Part shown: positions 11,684-23,627 of the stretch, piece by piece
Position numbering within the stretch: position 1 is the stretch's first letter
Layout of the letters: every line of letters begins with the position of its first letter
Source of the DNA: Octopus sinensis
Taxonomy: Eukaryota
DNA length: 64,000 nt
Assembly (NCBI RefSeq): GCF_006345805.1
Contig: NC_043000.1
Coordinates: 58,342,001 to 58,406,000 of the forward strand
Direction of reading: 5' to 3'
The notes under the pieces: model-generated
Told to the model about the DNA's origin: nothing
Seen by the model: only the letters and a program-made list of their open reading frames with translations
Databases searched by the model: none
Made by a program: the position numbers and the translations under genes

Positions 11684-14294
11684 GTTTGAATCTTAATTTT
11701 CCATTTTATTTTTAAAGAGTTTTAATAAAGAAAAAGTGTTATAGTATCTCAAAGAAGAAAAACTGGTTTCTGTTTTGTCTTCTTTAATTAGGTGATGGAC
11801 TCTCTCGTTGAAAATGATGTATGAGTGTTCAGTTTTTGCTGAACAACCTACACAGAGGATTTGTTTATAGTGATCAAGTGATTATAGTGATTATAGATGA
11901 TTTGTTTATAGTGTATGTGCTGTACATGAGCTCACTCTCTCCATCAAATCAATTTTGCCAGAACAGGTGCACCTTGTGCCAGGTGTCAAAGTGATTGCAG
12001 AGCAATGTGAGATGAAGTGTTTTGCTCAAGAATACAATGCACCACTCAGTCCAGTCTAGGAATTTAAATCAGGATTTCACAATTAGGCCATGCAAGCTAA
12101 TATCTTCACAAACTATCATGTTCATGCCTTTCTTTAGGGAATTATAAATTTCTGATGTAGACACAAGGATAGAAATTTTTGATGAGGAGAACAGTCAGTT
12201 ATATTGACCCACCCCTACCCCTCACCCCAGTACTGGACTGGCATTATATTTATTTTATTGACCCTGGAGGGAAGTAAAGAACTGTTGATCTCAGCTGGAT
12301 ATTGAATTTAGATCTTAAAGAGCTGTAATTAAATACTGCAAGTCATTTCATCTGATGCTTTTGTAAATTTGCCAATCCAGCACCCTTAGGAGAATATTGA
12401 TAATGTAAGAAATGGGAAATGTTGACAGCTTTAATCAAAACCAGGTTCAACCTAGAGCTAAGCAATAATAACAACAACAACAACAACACCAACACATGTA
12501 TAAACTGGAGTGTGCAGTGTGGTTCTCAGCTTGGTGAGGGTAGGGCATGTTGTTGCTGTTGTTGTGGATCCCCTAGACAACTTATATTTAAGAGATTTAT
12601 GGTTTCCAGGTAGTCTGAGAATCTGAGACCCCCTTCGGTCACAACACTGACCATGGGATTGCACCTAGAAAGTTACCCTCCCAAGCACAAGTCCAGGCAA
12701 GGTTGTTTATGGAAGACCAGCAGTCACTCATGCTTACCAGCCTCCTCTCTCCAAGCCACAAGTGTTATCCAAGGGAAAGCCAAGGGCCGATACAGCTTGA
12801 CACCTGTGACATCACAACTCATTTCTTCAGCTGAGTAAACTGGAGCAACGTGAAATAAAGTGTTTTGCTCAAGAACACAACATGCAGCCCTGTCCGGGAT
12901 TTGAGCTCACAACCTCACAATCGTAAGCTCGATGCTCTAACCACTGAGCCATGTGCTTTCACACCAGGTAGTATGACACACATATCTGTGCTCCTTAGTC
13001 AATTTGACACTGCAAGACTTCAAAGTCGGAAAGGTACTTGTATAGTAGGTTCTAAATAAACCAATGTTTGGAACTCTAACCTCCTGTAACATATCAAGTT
13101 CAGCTTCTTATGTGACTGTGAAGCTTGACTAATGAAGGCAAATGGCTAAGTGGTTAGAGTATTCAGCTTATGATCACAAGGTCATGAGTTCAATACCTAG
13201 TGGTGTGTTGTGTCCTTGATCAAGACATTTTATTTCACATTGCTTCAGCCCACTTAGTTGGCAAAAATGAGTAGTACCTTTATTTTAAAGGGTCAGCCTT
13301 ATCACACTGAATATTCCTGAGAACTACATTAAGAGTACATGTATTTATTGAGTGCTCAGTTACTTACACATTAATTCCATAAGCAGGCTGTTCAATGGAT
13401 TAGATCAACTGGAAAACTTGTCATCATGACAAATTGAGTGCCAATTATTATATGGCTGTGAATGCTGCACTCTAAAGCCTACTTAACATAAATCCCTGGG
13501 TTTATGGTATGCCAGAACACTGTGTGCAGTACTCAACATCAGACAAAAAGAGCCTGTTAGCAACAAGTGTCTATATAGTTGGGGTACTAAGGTTGGGCTG
13601 AGTTAGAAAATAGCATTCAGTAGAATGGGGATGGCTGATCACTGCCAGAGATGTTATCTACTGAACCTTCATGCTCTATTTTAACATATTGGTATAACAC
13701 TGACAAGTTTTTCTCCTCTTTGAGTTCTGGACAATGTTCACTTATCTTCTCACCTATGCTATGGGCTGTTTTTCCTATGTATATCATAGTGCTGTTTCTG
13801 CACCATCCCTCTGTAGATCTTATACTATAGACAGCATTCCTGGTTTTGCTGTTTATCTATGAGGTTGCCTTACACACTACACAGTACCTGTCAGTACAGA
13901 GGTTTCCTTCAAATGGATATGTTCTACAGAACATGGATTTTATGGGGATACCTGACCTTTCCATAACTTCAATCCATGGATTCATTTTACCTAGGACTTT
14001 TCTAAAATGGTGCACTAGTTTGCTTCTAGGGGTAGTATTGACAAACATGACATATATGTGTGTATACATATATATATATACTTACACATGCACACATACA
14101 CACACACAGATTTGAATTCAGGGCACTAGAGAACTAAAACAAATACTTGAGATATCTATCCAATACTGTAATGATACTTTGCATCCTCTGACAATATTTC
14201 TGCTGCTTTGTACAAACTTAATTTCAGCTGGATTAAACTTGATTCATTAAACATTGTGTGACAGATCTTTCAATATTTATCTTGTGGTTTCCAG

Positions 14295-14503
14295 ATTTTG
14301 GTATGAAAACCCTGGTGTGTTTACTGCTGACCAACTAACCCAGCTGAGACAGGTAACTCTTGCTCGTGTCATATGTGACAACAGTGACAATATTAACCAG
14401 GTTCAGAGAAACGTTTTCCATATTGCCAGGAACAGATCAGAATATTTGCCATGTGAAAAAATTCCCAAAATTGACATCAAGATGTGGTCAGATTGCTGCT
14501 TTG
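14295..14503 (+). CDS. PXDN: Peroxidasin exon: end of peroxidase domain (RFWYENPGVFT...LARVICDNSD...WSDCCF)
   Basis: tttccAG acceptor, G/GTAAAA donor at 14504, phase 2/1; completes DGDRFWYE. Confidence 0.95.
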
Positions 14504-14551
14504 GTAAAAAAAACATTTATTAACTTTATGGCAGAATTCTGGTTTAAGTAC

Positions 14552-15018
14552 CCTCATAATTTTTTTTTTTTTTTTTGGAATTTTCAGAAAATATTAGAAA
14601 TTTATGTTCTACACACAAGAATTCATACAATTATGAAAAAAAATTTTGTGTGATTTAAGGGTGATTTAGTTGTTATTATTAGCACATCTCACAATCACCT
14701 GATACCTTCCGTATTTCTTTGTCACTCTGACATGTATTAATGTTTTCCAATATTTTCTCCCCATAAACACATTCAATGGAATGATGATGCACCCAAGGGT
14801 GGTCCATTGCTTGGATTTAAGCAAAAAATTTGGAGTATCCATATTTTAAAGAGATTTTTTTTAAATATTAAAAAAACAGTGGAACTTTTAGGATTTATGG
14901 GGATGAGAGTGGGGGTAAAAAATTTTTTTTTATTCCCATAATCATATGAATTCCATTGTGTAGAAAACAAGTTCACAAAAACTTTCTGAAAATTCCAAAA
15001 ACTAAAAAAGTTATGAGG
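14552..15018. mobile_element. Fold-back/MITE-like element with about 95-bp imperfect inverted arms
   Basis: 14552-14648 vs reverse complement of 14917-15018 share CCTCATAA, TTTTGGAATTTTCAGAAA, TTCTACACA, GAATTCATA. Confidence 0.7.
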
Positions 15019-16383
15019 TGTTGTATGAAGTGCTTAAACCAAAATTCTGCCAACTTTATTATGCTAACGCTAAACTACCTATTTTGCTTTTATATTTTTA
15101 TTGTTATTGTTGGAATGTTAAATGCAAACTTGATCAGAATCATCTTTCAAATTATTGAACAGTTGGAATTAAAACTCATTATTTGCCATAAGATATTGGT
15201 TTCAAACTTTGGCACAAGGCCAGTTATTTTGGGGATGGGGTAAGTCAATTACATTAATCCCAGTACTCAATTGGTACTTATTTTATCAACCCCCGAAAGG
15301 ATGAAAAGCAAAGTCGACCTTGGTGGAACTTGAACTCAGAATGTGCAGGTAAATAAAATGCCACTAGGCATTTTACTCGGCATAGTAATGATTCTACCAG
15401 CTTGTTGCCTTCATTTGCCATAAGATATCATTTAGTAATGCCTCCTAATGATCTCCATGTGTTATATTTAATATAATCACTTGATATAAACTTATGATAT
15501 AAACATACATCACAATCATATTATCTTTTAATATGACTGTGATTTATGTTTATATCATGGGGTATATATTCATATCACCTCAGGTATTGTTGTGATAAAT
15601 ACAGTCAATTATCTAACTGTCATGAACAGAGACATATACCAATGGGTTGTTGTCCCCTTTGATTTCATTGGGTGCAGAGAAACGTGTAATAGCAATATAA
15701 AAGAGCTAGCTGTGACCAGGAGTTGTAGCTTGTCCATTGACCCACTCCACCAGTTACTTTGAAATATTTTTATGAACATAACAACATAACTATATATATA
15801 TATCACATTTTTACACTGAATATAATCACATACAACCATATATAATTTGCTGAACTTTTGGAAATTCCACATTTTATTTATGTTTCCTATTTCTGTTTTG
15901 ATGTGTAAGTTTATAGATTTTCTTAATAACACTTCTTTATGTAAAAGGTTTTGATCATGTCATCAGTTTTGTTCCATAGTTAAGGTTGCTTAAAACATAA
16001 CACTCAAACTTGTTTCGTTATGTTCAAAATTTTGATTATGTTTTCAATTTTGTTCCATAGGTTAAAGTCACCTCAAGCAAACATTATGAAAAGTAGAATA
16101 TCATAAATAATGCATTTAGATCAGTGTTTCTCAACCATTTTTTGATGACTATTTTATTTTAGTGGACCCCAATAGCCATTTGACATTTAAAAACTAGTTT
16201 GATAGAGACTTTTTTCAAAATTCTTGTTGCACATCATCATCATCATAATCATAATCATCATCATTGTCATCATCGACATCGCTGTCATCGTCATTGTCAC
16301 CATCATCATCATCTAAAGGCTGTCTACCATGCTGACATGGGTTGGACATTATGATAAGATGATCCCACCTAAGTTTTTATTAC

Positions 16384-16678
16384 TGTAGTGAGTGTATGCG
16401 ATTTGAATATAGAGGCACCTACCTTCTCTTCGCGGTGACGGAGATCCTCCCGAGATGGCTGGTCCTTCCTCACAGCCCCTACCCGAACACTAACGATAGC
16501 AGCTGCTAGCCCCAAACCCTTTAGCGACTTGCTCGCACATCTTGTCACCAGCACAACCCACGTTGGAAAAGGTCAACTTCCGCCCCCTGCGCGCTTGACG
16601 GCTGACCCCTTCCGCTTGCCCCAGCTTCCGGTCAACGCACCCCGCTGGCTGACGTCCGGCTGCTGACGTCATCCCACA
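16384..16678 (-). repeat. 3' LTR (295 bp); weak purine-rich PPT AAGATCAGGGTGGCG at 16679-16693
   Basis: Direct repeat of 19028-19324. Confidence 0.95.
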
Positions 16679-16691
16679 CGCCACCCTGATC

Positions 16692-18272
16692 TTAAAGATC
16701 ACAATCTCTCCGCTCCATGTTGTAGTCTACCATCCAACCGGGAGAACGCCTTGCTCGTCGAGATCTTCTCAAGCTGGGCTCCTCACTCTCCCCCTCTCCC
16801 GAATCATCGTCCGTCGAAGCAACAATCCTGCGAAGGTCCAAGACATGTCGTGGTGTGCCATCTACGGATACGTTGCTTCTGGAATTGATCGCCGTCACTG
16901 TTCCTTCTCCCACCTTGTCGCCCCACCTCTCTCCTTCTGCTCGTCTCTTGGTGTAACTACACGCCGTGCGCAGCCATCCAGCGATCGGGTAGTGACCGAC
17001 CAACTTCCCACACACCAAGAACAGCTCTCTCCTGCTGACGCTGGAACTCAGCTCTGGGATTTCATTTCCTCTCCGGAACACCAATTCACCTGATCTATCT
17101 CTTCGCAGCTTCAGCCCCAGCGCGGCTCCCCCCTCAATCGACTCCGGTGGCTTAGCAACCAGTCCGAACTTCACCAGATGTCTCACTACCTCGTCGGCTG
17201 GCACTACAGTTTCGTCCACCAAAATGTCGTCAATGTAGGAGCTGGTGGCCTTCCTAATCTTGCCGTCTTTCCCTAGGACGGACCTAAGCACTGCCGCCAT
17301 GATCTTCGGAGCAGAATTCAGCCCGAAACCCAGCCTGGTTAGACAGTACGTCCGGCCCTTGTACCGCACCAGCTGATATCGCCATAGTTTGTCGCTCACA
17401 TGGAGCTGCAAGTATGCCGATCTCAAGTCGACAATCGTCGCTGCCTCAGTCGACTGTCTCCACTTACGTAATGCCTCACCACAAACGTCTGTCGCCTCAC
17501 CTCCCGTGTGACACGATATGTGCTGGTTTAGCTCCCTGAAGTCCAGCACCGGTCTGACTTTTCCCTTCGTAGGCTGCACCACCGCCATCAGGGGTAGCAC
17601 TCCACCCGCTACCTCCTCCTTCCAAGGGACAAGGACCCCTTCCTCGATCCACCTCTCCACCTCGTCTTCAAACTCAACCCTGGCGTGGCCTTTCAGGGTA
17701 TGCTGGTAACAGCTCACCCTGTTCTCCAGTGTCGGGTGCTCGTCCTTCCATTTCCACTCTATCGTCCACCGCTGACCATCGAACGCCGCCTGGAAGTCTT
17801 TGTTCTCGATGGTGTAAGCGGCGCAGTCCATCGTGGGGCTCTGCTCCCTCTGGCGATCCTGACTCGCAGTGCACGACGCCCCCACGCTTCCGAACGTGAC
17901 CTCATTTCCCACAACACTGATGCCACCGAGGCAGTTGATGGCGTCCATCCCCATCACCACATCAACTCCATTTATCACGCGTTCGGCCACAATTGCCTGT
18001 AGCCTTAGCGTCGCGCCGCGCACCACTATCTCTACCTTGCTGCTGCCTCTGCAATGGATTTCGCTGCCGTCGACCGCCCGGACACTACACACCCCGTTCC
18101 ATTCCTTCGTCACCCTCGAAGTCACCAGGGTGGTCATACAGCCCGTATCCACAAGGGCCTTGAACGTCTCCCCCTCGGCCTCCACATCAATCAATGGCAG
18201 CGTCTCCAATAGTGCCTCTACTCGTTTGAGGGGAAAGTTCGAGAGGCAGCAACTTCCCCGCGGTCGTTTCCC
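16692..18272 (-). CDS. pol (aspartic protease LVDTG, RT with VLDFRELN and YIDD) fused in frame to an integrase-like C-terminal tail; reached by -1 frameshift
   Basis: ORF 16692-18281; RT motifs present; no RNase H D-E-D-D or integrase HHCC/DDE motifs visible. Confidence 0.88.
   Translation of the reverse strand, partial: GKRPRGSCCLSNFPLKRVEALLETLPLIDVEAEGETFKALVDTGCMTTLVTSRVTKEWNGVCSVRAVDGSEIHCRGSSKVEIVVRGATLRLQAIVAERVINGVDVVMGMDAINCLGGISVVGNEVTFGSVGASCTASQDRQREQSPTMDCAAYTIENKDFQAAFDGQRWTIEWKWKDEHPTLENRVSCYQHTLKGHARVEFEDEVERWIEEGVLVPWKEEVAGGVLPLMAVVQPTKGKVRPVLDFRELNQHISCHTGGEATDVCGEALRKWRQSTEAATIVDLRSAYLQLHVSDKLWRYQLVRYKGRTYCLTRLGFGLNSAPKIMAAVLRSVLGKDGKIRKATSSYIDDILVDETVVPADEVVRHLVKFGLVAKPPESIEGGAALGLKLRRDRSGELVFRRGNEIPELSSSVSRRELFLVCGKLVGHYPIAGWLRTACSYTKRRAEGERWGDKVGEGTVTAINSRSNVSVDGTPRHVLDLRRIVASTDDDSGEGESEEPSLRRSRRARRSPGWMVDYNMERRDCDL
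18213..18272 (-). other. -1 programmed ribosomal frameshift signal: G GGA AAC heptamer, 6-nt spacer, H-type pseudoknot
   Basis: Heptamer at 18272-18266 in gag frame with pol in -1 frame; S1 GGGGAAGUU/AACUUUCCCC, S2 UGCCUCU/AGAGGCA. Confidence 0.85.
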
Positions 18273-18985
18273 TGGCCGCAATCACGGGCAATGTGCCCTG
18301 TCTGCCTGCATCGATAGCAAACGGGCCCCGGCTGTGTACAGTCCCGCGCCATGTGCGGTCCCTGGCATCTAAAACACCGTCCTGAGAACGGCCGCTCTCA
18401 TTGCACGGTGGGCTTCTGTAGCTCTTTCTCGGGACGTCGTCCGTCTTTACGCGCCTCCGTCACCGCCATCACTATCGCCTTCTGCCCAGAGTGTCTCGTC
18501 AACGCGCGAGCATGAGTTACAAGTTCGCTCAATGGCATCTTTTTGACCCCGGGCAGTCGTTGTAGGTGAATCCCTACATCGTCGGGGAACCCATTCACGA
18601 ACGCCAGTCGGGCTGCTCTCTCCAGTTCTTCTCCGGCAAACCCGGCCAGAGTCGCTAGCCTTCTAGCTTCCGATGCAAAATCATCCACCTGGCCTCCCGT
18701 CCACCTGATTGCACCTAGCTTAGCGAAAGCTGTGTACTCGCATTCCGTGTATGCGTCACACAAGCGCCGCTCTATATTCTCATCGCAGAGCCGTTCTTCG
18801 ACATCCATCTCTAGGTAAAGTGACAACGCACTCCCTTCCAAATACAGCGCCATAAGACTCGCCACGTCGCTTATGCCCTGCAGTCTCGCCACCAGCCTGA
18901 TTTTCTGAATCCAGGCCACTACATCGCCTTCGCCGTTAAAAGGTCTGACGACGTCACTTGCGATCCTAATTTTTGCAGACATCAT
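18218..18985 (-). pseudogene. gag with an in-frame TGA at 18398-18400; reading through gives two zinc knuckles (CFRCQGPHMARDC, CYRCRQTGHIARDC)
   Basis: Manual translation past the stop of ORF 18398-18985 stays open to TAG at 18218-20. Confidence 0.88.
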
Positions 18986-19015
18986 GTTGAATAAAAATGT
19001 GAATGTTTACGAACT

Positions 19016-19027
19016 GCCGAAATAGCT
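19016..19027 (-). other. Putative non-canonical primer-binding site AGCTATTTCGGC
   Basis: Abuts the 5' LTR; exact complement of nt 1-12 of metazoan tRNA-Phe(GAA), GCCGAAAUAGCU (recalled sequence); no TGG-type PBS present. Confidence 0.65.
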
Positions 19028-19324
19028 TGTAGTGAGTGTGTGCGATTTGAATATAGAGGCACCTACCTTCTCTTCGCGGTGACGGAGATCCTCCCGAGAT
19101 GGCTGGTCCTTCCTCACAGCCCTTACCCGAACACTAACGATAGCAGCTGCTAGCCCCAAACCCTTTAGCGACTTGCTCGCACGTCTTGTCGCCAGCACGA
19201 CCCACGTTGGAAAAGGTCAACTTCCGGCCCCTGCGCGCGCTTGACGGCTGACCCCTTCCGCTTGCCCCAGCTTCCGGTCAACGCACCCCGCTGGCTGACG
19301 TCCGGCTGCTGACGTCATCCCACA
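19028..19324 (-). repeat. 5' LTR (297 bp)
   Basis: Differs from 16384-16678 by 6 substitutions and one 2-bp indel (manual alignment). Confidence 0.95.
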
Positions 19325-20059
19325 ATTACCATTAAAGAATTCCATTGAATTTGTGGCTTGGAAAGGCAAATCAAAAACTGAACTCATGCCATTAATAAAT
19401 ACTCTAATATTGACTTGTACAATTCTTTAGCTATTTTGTATTTTTTATATTAGGATACTTCTGATTGTAATCATGTAATGCTAAAATATTTTACAAGGTC
19501 CCAACTCTAATGTCTTCCAATGTGTGGTTTGCAAAATAACAGTTCTAACTATTCTCCTACATAATGTTTACATTATGATGTGTGACCTTGTGGTTAGGGT
19601 GTTGCGTTCACGATTGCAAGATCAATTTCCAGATCAGTGGTGCATTGTCTTCTTGAACAAACCACTTCATTTCACATTGTTCCAGTTCACCCAATAGTAA
19701 ATGGGTAATCCTGTGACAAACTTGCATCCCTTTCAGAGGGAATGTTGGTCTGCCTGCTTAGGCAGCAGGGTAGAATCATTTGAAAGCTACAACAATGTGA
19801 GGAAGCACATTGTGATCAGTGGTATATAACAATATCCAACAGTCTGGTTGATACTGTGATACAGTGATGTTTACACATCAACCGATATTTTACAGCATGT
19901 GGCTTTGTAGTGATTCATTTCCATAAAGATTTACTCATTTCATAATTAACCAGATAATTTGCTACTTTAGGTGTATCAGCACCAATTTGTTCTCTACTGA
20001 CGATAATTTACATTTTAATTCTTCATGAAGAATGAGTAATGATTTTCATTGTATTTCAG

Positions 20060-20328
20060 ATTGTCAAAAATCGGGTGAATTCCAATCGATCACCAGTTTT
20101 TATAGCAGCCGTCGATCATTCCACAGTCGTCCAGAAGACAGACATTTATTTACATCATCAAATTTGCCAAGAGACTCACAGTTTTTAAGCGATCAACCAG
20201 TGAGCCCAGCTAATAGTAGTTATTTCTATAAAAGTAATCAGAAATCTTCACACCTTGACACTCGAGTAGAAGGCATGGAAAAAACTATTAAGAATCTTGA
20301 CAGAATGGTTCGTAAACTCAGGAAACAA
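20060..20328 (+). CDS. PXDN: Peroxidasin exon: linker and predicted coiled-coil before VWC (DCQKSGEF...TRVEGMEKTIKNLDRMVRKLRKQ)
   Basis: gtatttcAG acceptor, CAA/GTATGT donor at 20329, phase 1/0; inside ORF 20032-20418. Confidence 0.88.
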
Positions 20329-20904
20329 GTATGTACCAAATTATTATTATTGTTGTTGAAATATTTATTCACCTTCACCATAGTTGCTACAAACTACCTT
20401 TTTATGTGTATCCACTAACTGTTGACTATGTAAATCATTTTAAAATCTCCTATAGCTCTTAAAGGCTTGTATTTAACTCTAATTTCATGGAATGAATTAA
20501 AGAAGGATAAATCTACCCTGGACAGAATATCATAATACATAACACTATGAATATTTGTTATCAAATATCAGTCGTTTGGGAATCGAAGCACATGTTATTA
20601 CATGTACTGTCTTAATACACACAAAAAAAGATCCTTTTATTCTTTAATTATCTCAACCCTAACATTGATTTCTGACATGGGGATAAGGCATCAAACTGAG
20701 GATTGAATATAGTAGATTAAATCAGACCTAGAACTTCGTCAGTACTTTATTTATCAACCCCAGAAGGATGAAAGACAAAATTAGCTTTGGTAGGGTTTAA
20801 ATTCAGAAACATAAAAAGCCTCAACTTAATACCATTCAATACTACTACCCTATTTAATCACTGATATTTTGCATACATTTTCTGTTTACATACATTATCT
20901 CCTT

Positions 20905-21270
20905 TATCTCTTTTCAGTCATTAGACTGCTGCCATGTTGGAGCACCGCCTTTAGTCGAGCAAATTGACCCCAGTACTTATTCAATCGGTCTCTTATGCCG
21001 AACCGCTAAGTTACGGGGACATAAATACACTAGCATCAGTTGTCAAGCAATGTTGGGGGGACAAACAGACACACAAACATATACACACACGTACATATAT
21101 ATATATATGTATATATACGACAGGCTTCTTTCAGTTTCCGTCTACCAAATCCACTCACAAAGCTTTGGTCGGCCCAAGGCTATAGTAGACACTTGCCCAA
21201 GGTGCCATGCAGTGGGAATGAACCCGGAACCATGTAGTTGGTAAGAAAGCTACTTACCACACAGCCACTC
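20905..21270 (-). mobile_element. tRNA-derived SINE, same family as 23011-23406
   Basis: Collinear high similarity to 23011-23406. Confidence 0.85.
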
Positions 21271-22843
21271 GAAGTTTCTGCATTCAATTGATAACATACT
21301 CATTTCTTTATCAGCATATTAGATATAGAACTTGAACTCAGGTCTAACTTAATCTTTTACTTATGGCTTAACAGTTATTGTATATTTATTGTTTCATTTG
21401 ACATCAGCAGGAATACCCATCCATTTATTCTATAAAATTACTGAGAATATATTTAATGTGAACTAAATATTGAGATAACTTTTATTTTTGCAGCTTAACT
21501 AAAAAAAAAATCTTCCCACATATTTTATTCATTTGTAGAAATTTTGTGTATTTGTCATTTGTTGTTTAGTCTAAAATCAGCACACACCGAGTAGACCTAT
21601 GATTAGAAGTTTTCCAATTTTTCCCATCTGGTCTTTTATTTTTTTTACTTGGCATAGTCCGTCTTGGACTATATTATCGAATGTATCTTTTTAAGAGATT
21701 AAGTAGGTATTTGAGGGCGAAGTGGCTGTCATTTCTAGCAGGTTGACACACAACGAGAAACCGTTCGTTTTTTTATATTTTTTCCTTCTTTTAGTCGTAA
21801 ATGTGTGCTGAAGAGTTGTTCCCCTTGATGATATTTTCTGTTTCACCCCATTTTTTAAAAATATATAATTACTGAATTGGCTTGTTCTCTAAATAAAAGA
21901 GTGTGATTTATTTACAAATAAACAAGAGGATAGATTTTTTCCCCTCTAATTTCACATTAGAAGTCATTGAATGAAATATTTTGAAAATATATTTAAACCC
22001 CAATGTAAAAAAATTACTTCCAGTATAGGCCAAATCGAAAATCTCTAAAATGTCCATGATATAATGGTTTTATCAATCAAATTATTCCATACAAGATTCA
22101 GTAACTAGTCTAAACATGTTATTCTTCTTTACATTTTGTTTTTATAGAAAAGGGTGGGTGGAAATATTCTCTTCAAATTCAGAGTATACAAAGCTGGAAT
22201 TTTTGTCCAGGACATATTCCTGAAATAATTAGTTCTATAATAGATAAAAGGCAACACTTAATTTCATCCTTTTCGTTTATACTTTTGACAATTATTTTAC
22301 CAATCATAGAATGGCGCCCACAACAGCATTTTAAATCAAATGAGAAGGGAGATAACTAAATACCGAAACGTATTTTGTTTGACATTACTGATTTTATCAC
22401 TATCTTCCACACTTATTCTTTTAATAATATATTGTCTTTTTCTTCTAATTTTTACAGAACCTATATCTTTGCACAAAATTATTTTATTGATTTTACACAC
22501 ACATACATTCGTATAGATAGGGAAAGCTTTTCTTTCTTACACAATTAGAGGCAGTTTATGATCAAAATTAAACATTGTTGTCTTTGTACACACACACATA
22601 CACACACATATAGTAAATAGACAGGGTTATAATCCAAATTGTGAATAAATAATAGCAAAATTTTTTTCAACCTCCTGTTTATATATATATCTCAAATACA
22701 AAATGGGACAAGAGTGCAAAACATCCGGACAACAAAATGGGACAACAAAACATCCAGATAGACAATACAAAGAAAACAAGGACAGGTCATTCGAAGTTTT
22801 CTTTCCTCAGTCAAGTACCAGATTATAATCGCAATTTCAGCTG

Positions 22844-22888
<45 letters not shown>

Positions 22889-22889
22889 T

Positions 22890-22935
<46 letters not shown>

Positions 22936-23010
22936 TTATATATATATATATATTATATATATATATATATGTATATATATATTTATATATATATATATAT
23001 ATATATATAC

Positions 23011-23406
23011 ACTCTTTTACTTGTTTCAGTCATTTGACTGCGGCCATGCACTGCCTTTAGTCGACCAAATCGACCCCGGGTCTTATTCTTTGTAAGCCCA
23101 GTACTTATTCTATTGGTCTCTTTTGCCGAACCGCTAAGTGATGGGGACGTAAACACACCAGCATCGGTTGTCAAGCAATGCTAGGGGGACAAACACACAA
23201 ACACATACACGCACATACATATATATATATATATACATATATACGACAGGCTTCTTTCAGTTTCCGTCTACCAAATCCACTCAAAAGGCATTGGTCGGCC
23301 CGAGGCTATAGCAGAAGACACTTGCCCAAGATGCCATGCAGTGGGACTGAACCCGGAACCATGTGGTTGGTTAGCAAGCTACTTACCACACAGCCACTCC
23401 TGCGCC
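23011..23406 (-). mobile_element. Near full-length tRNA-derived SINE, second family (head GGCGCAGGAGTGGCTGTGTGGTAAG, internal TA/CA microsatellite)
   Basis: Pol III-type head on -; homologous copies at about 20905-21270 (-), 57373-57637 (-), 60716-60810 (-), 2086-2250 (-), 9905-10125 (+). Confidence 0.85.
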
Positions 23407-23531
23407 TATATATTCATATATATTTATATATATATCATCAGTAAATCATAAATCCGAAAGAAAAGCACAGTCTAAGTTATAGAGTAGTAGAGTAATTAGA
23501 TAAAGATAGTCATGGCCAGTCTATGACTATG

Positions 23532-23590
23532 AGGTTACCCAGGGTTTCACGTTCATAAAGCACATAGCTTTACAGTGATTCTTCAGACCC
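23532..23590 (-). ncRNA. Minimal type I hammerhead ribozyme motif, inverted partner of 23628-23686
   Basis: GGGU-CUGAAGA(A)-stem II UGUAAAGC/GCUUUAUG-GAAA-CCCUGGG-UA/ACCU on the - strand. Confidence 0.62.
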
Positions 23591-23627
23591 TAATGGCCAA
23601 AGAGAGGTTATAGGCCACTACGCATTA

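Larger units (their letters stand above)
16384..19324 (-). mobile_element. Ty3/Gypsy LTR retrotransposon, internally deleted (gag, PR, RT, integrase tail; RNase H and integrase core missing), antisense in a peroxidasin intron
   Basis: TG...CA termini, 5-bp TSD ATTAC (16379-83 and 19325-29), two near-identical LTRs, PR before RT, GC-rich against AT-rich host. Confidence 0.96.

Noticed and set aside
16845-18372. Plus-strand ORFs inside the retrotransposon (16845, 17518, 17685, 17869)
   Set aside because: Antisense shadows of GC-rich pol, no recognisable domains.
22781-22815. Hammerhead-like CUGAGGA...CGAA on the - strand
   Set aside because: GAA is followed by U instead of A15.1 and no stem I can form.
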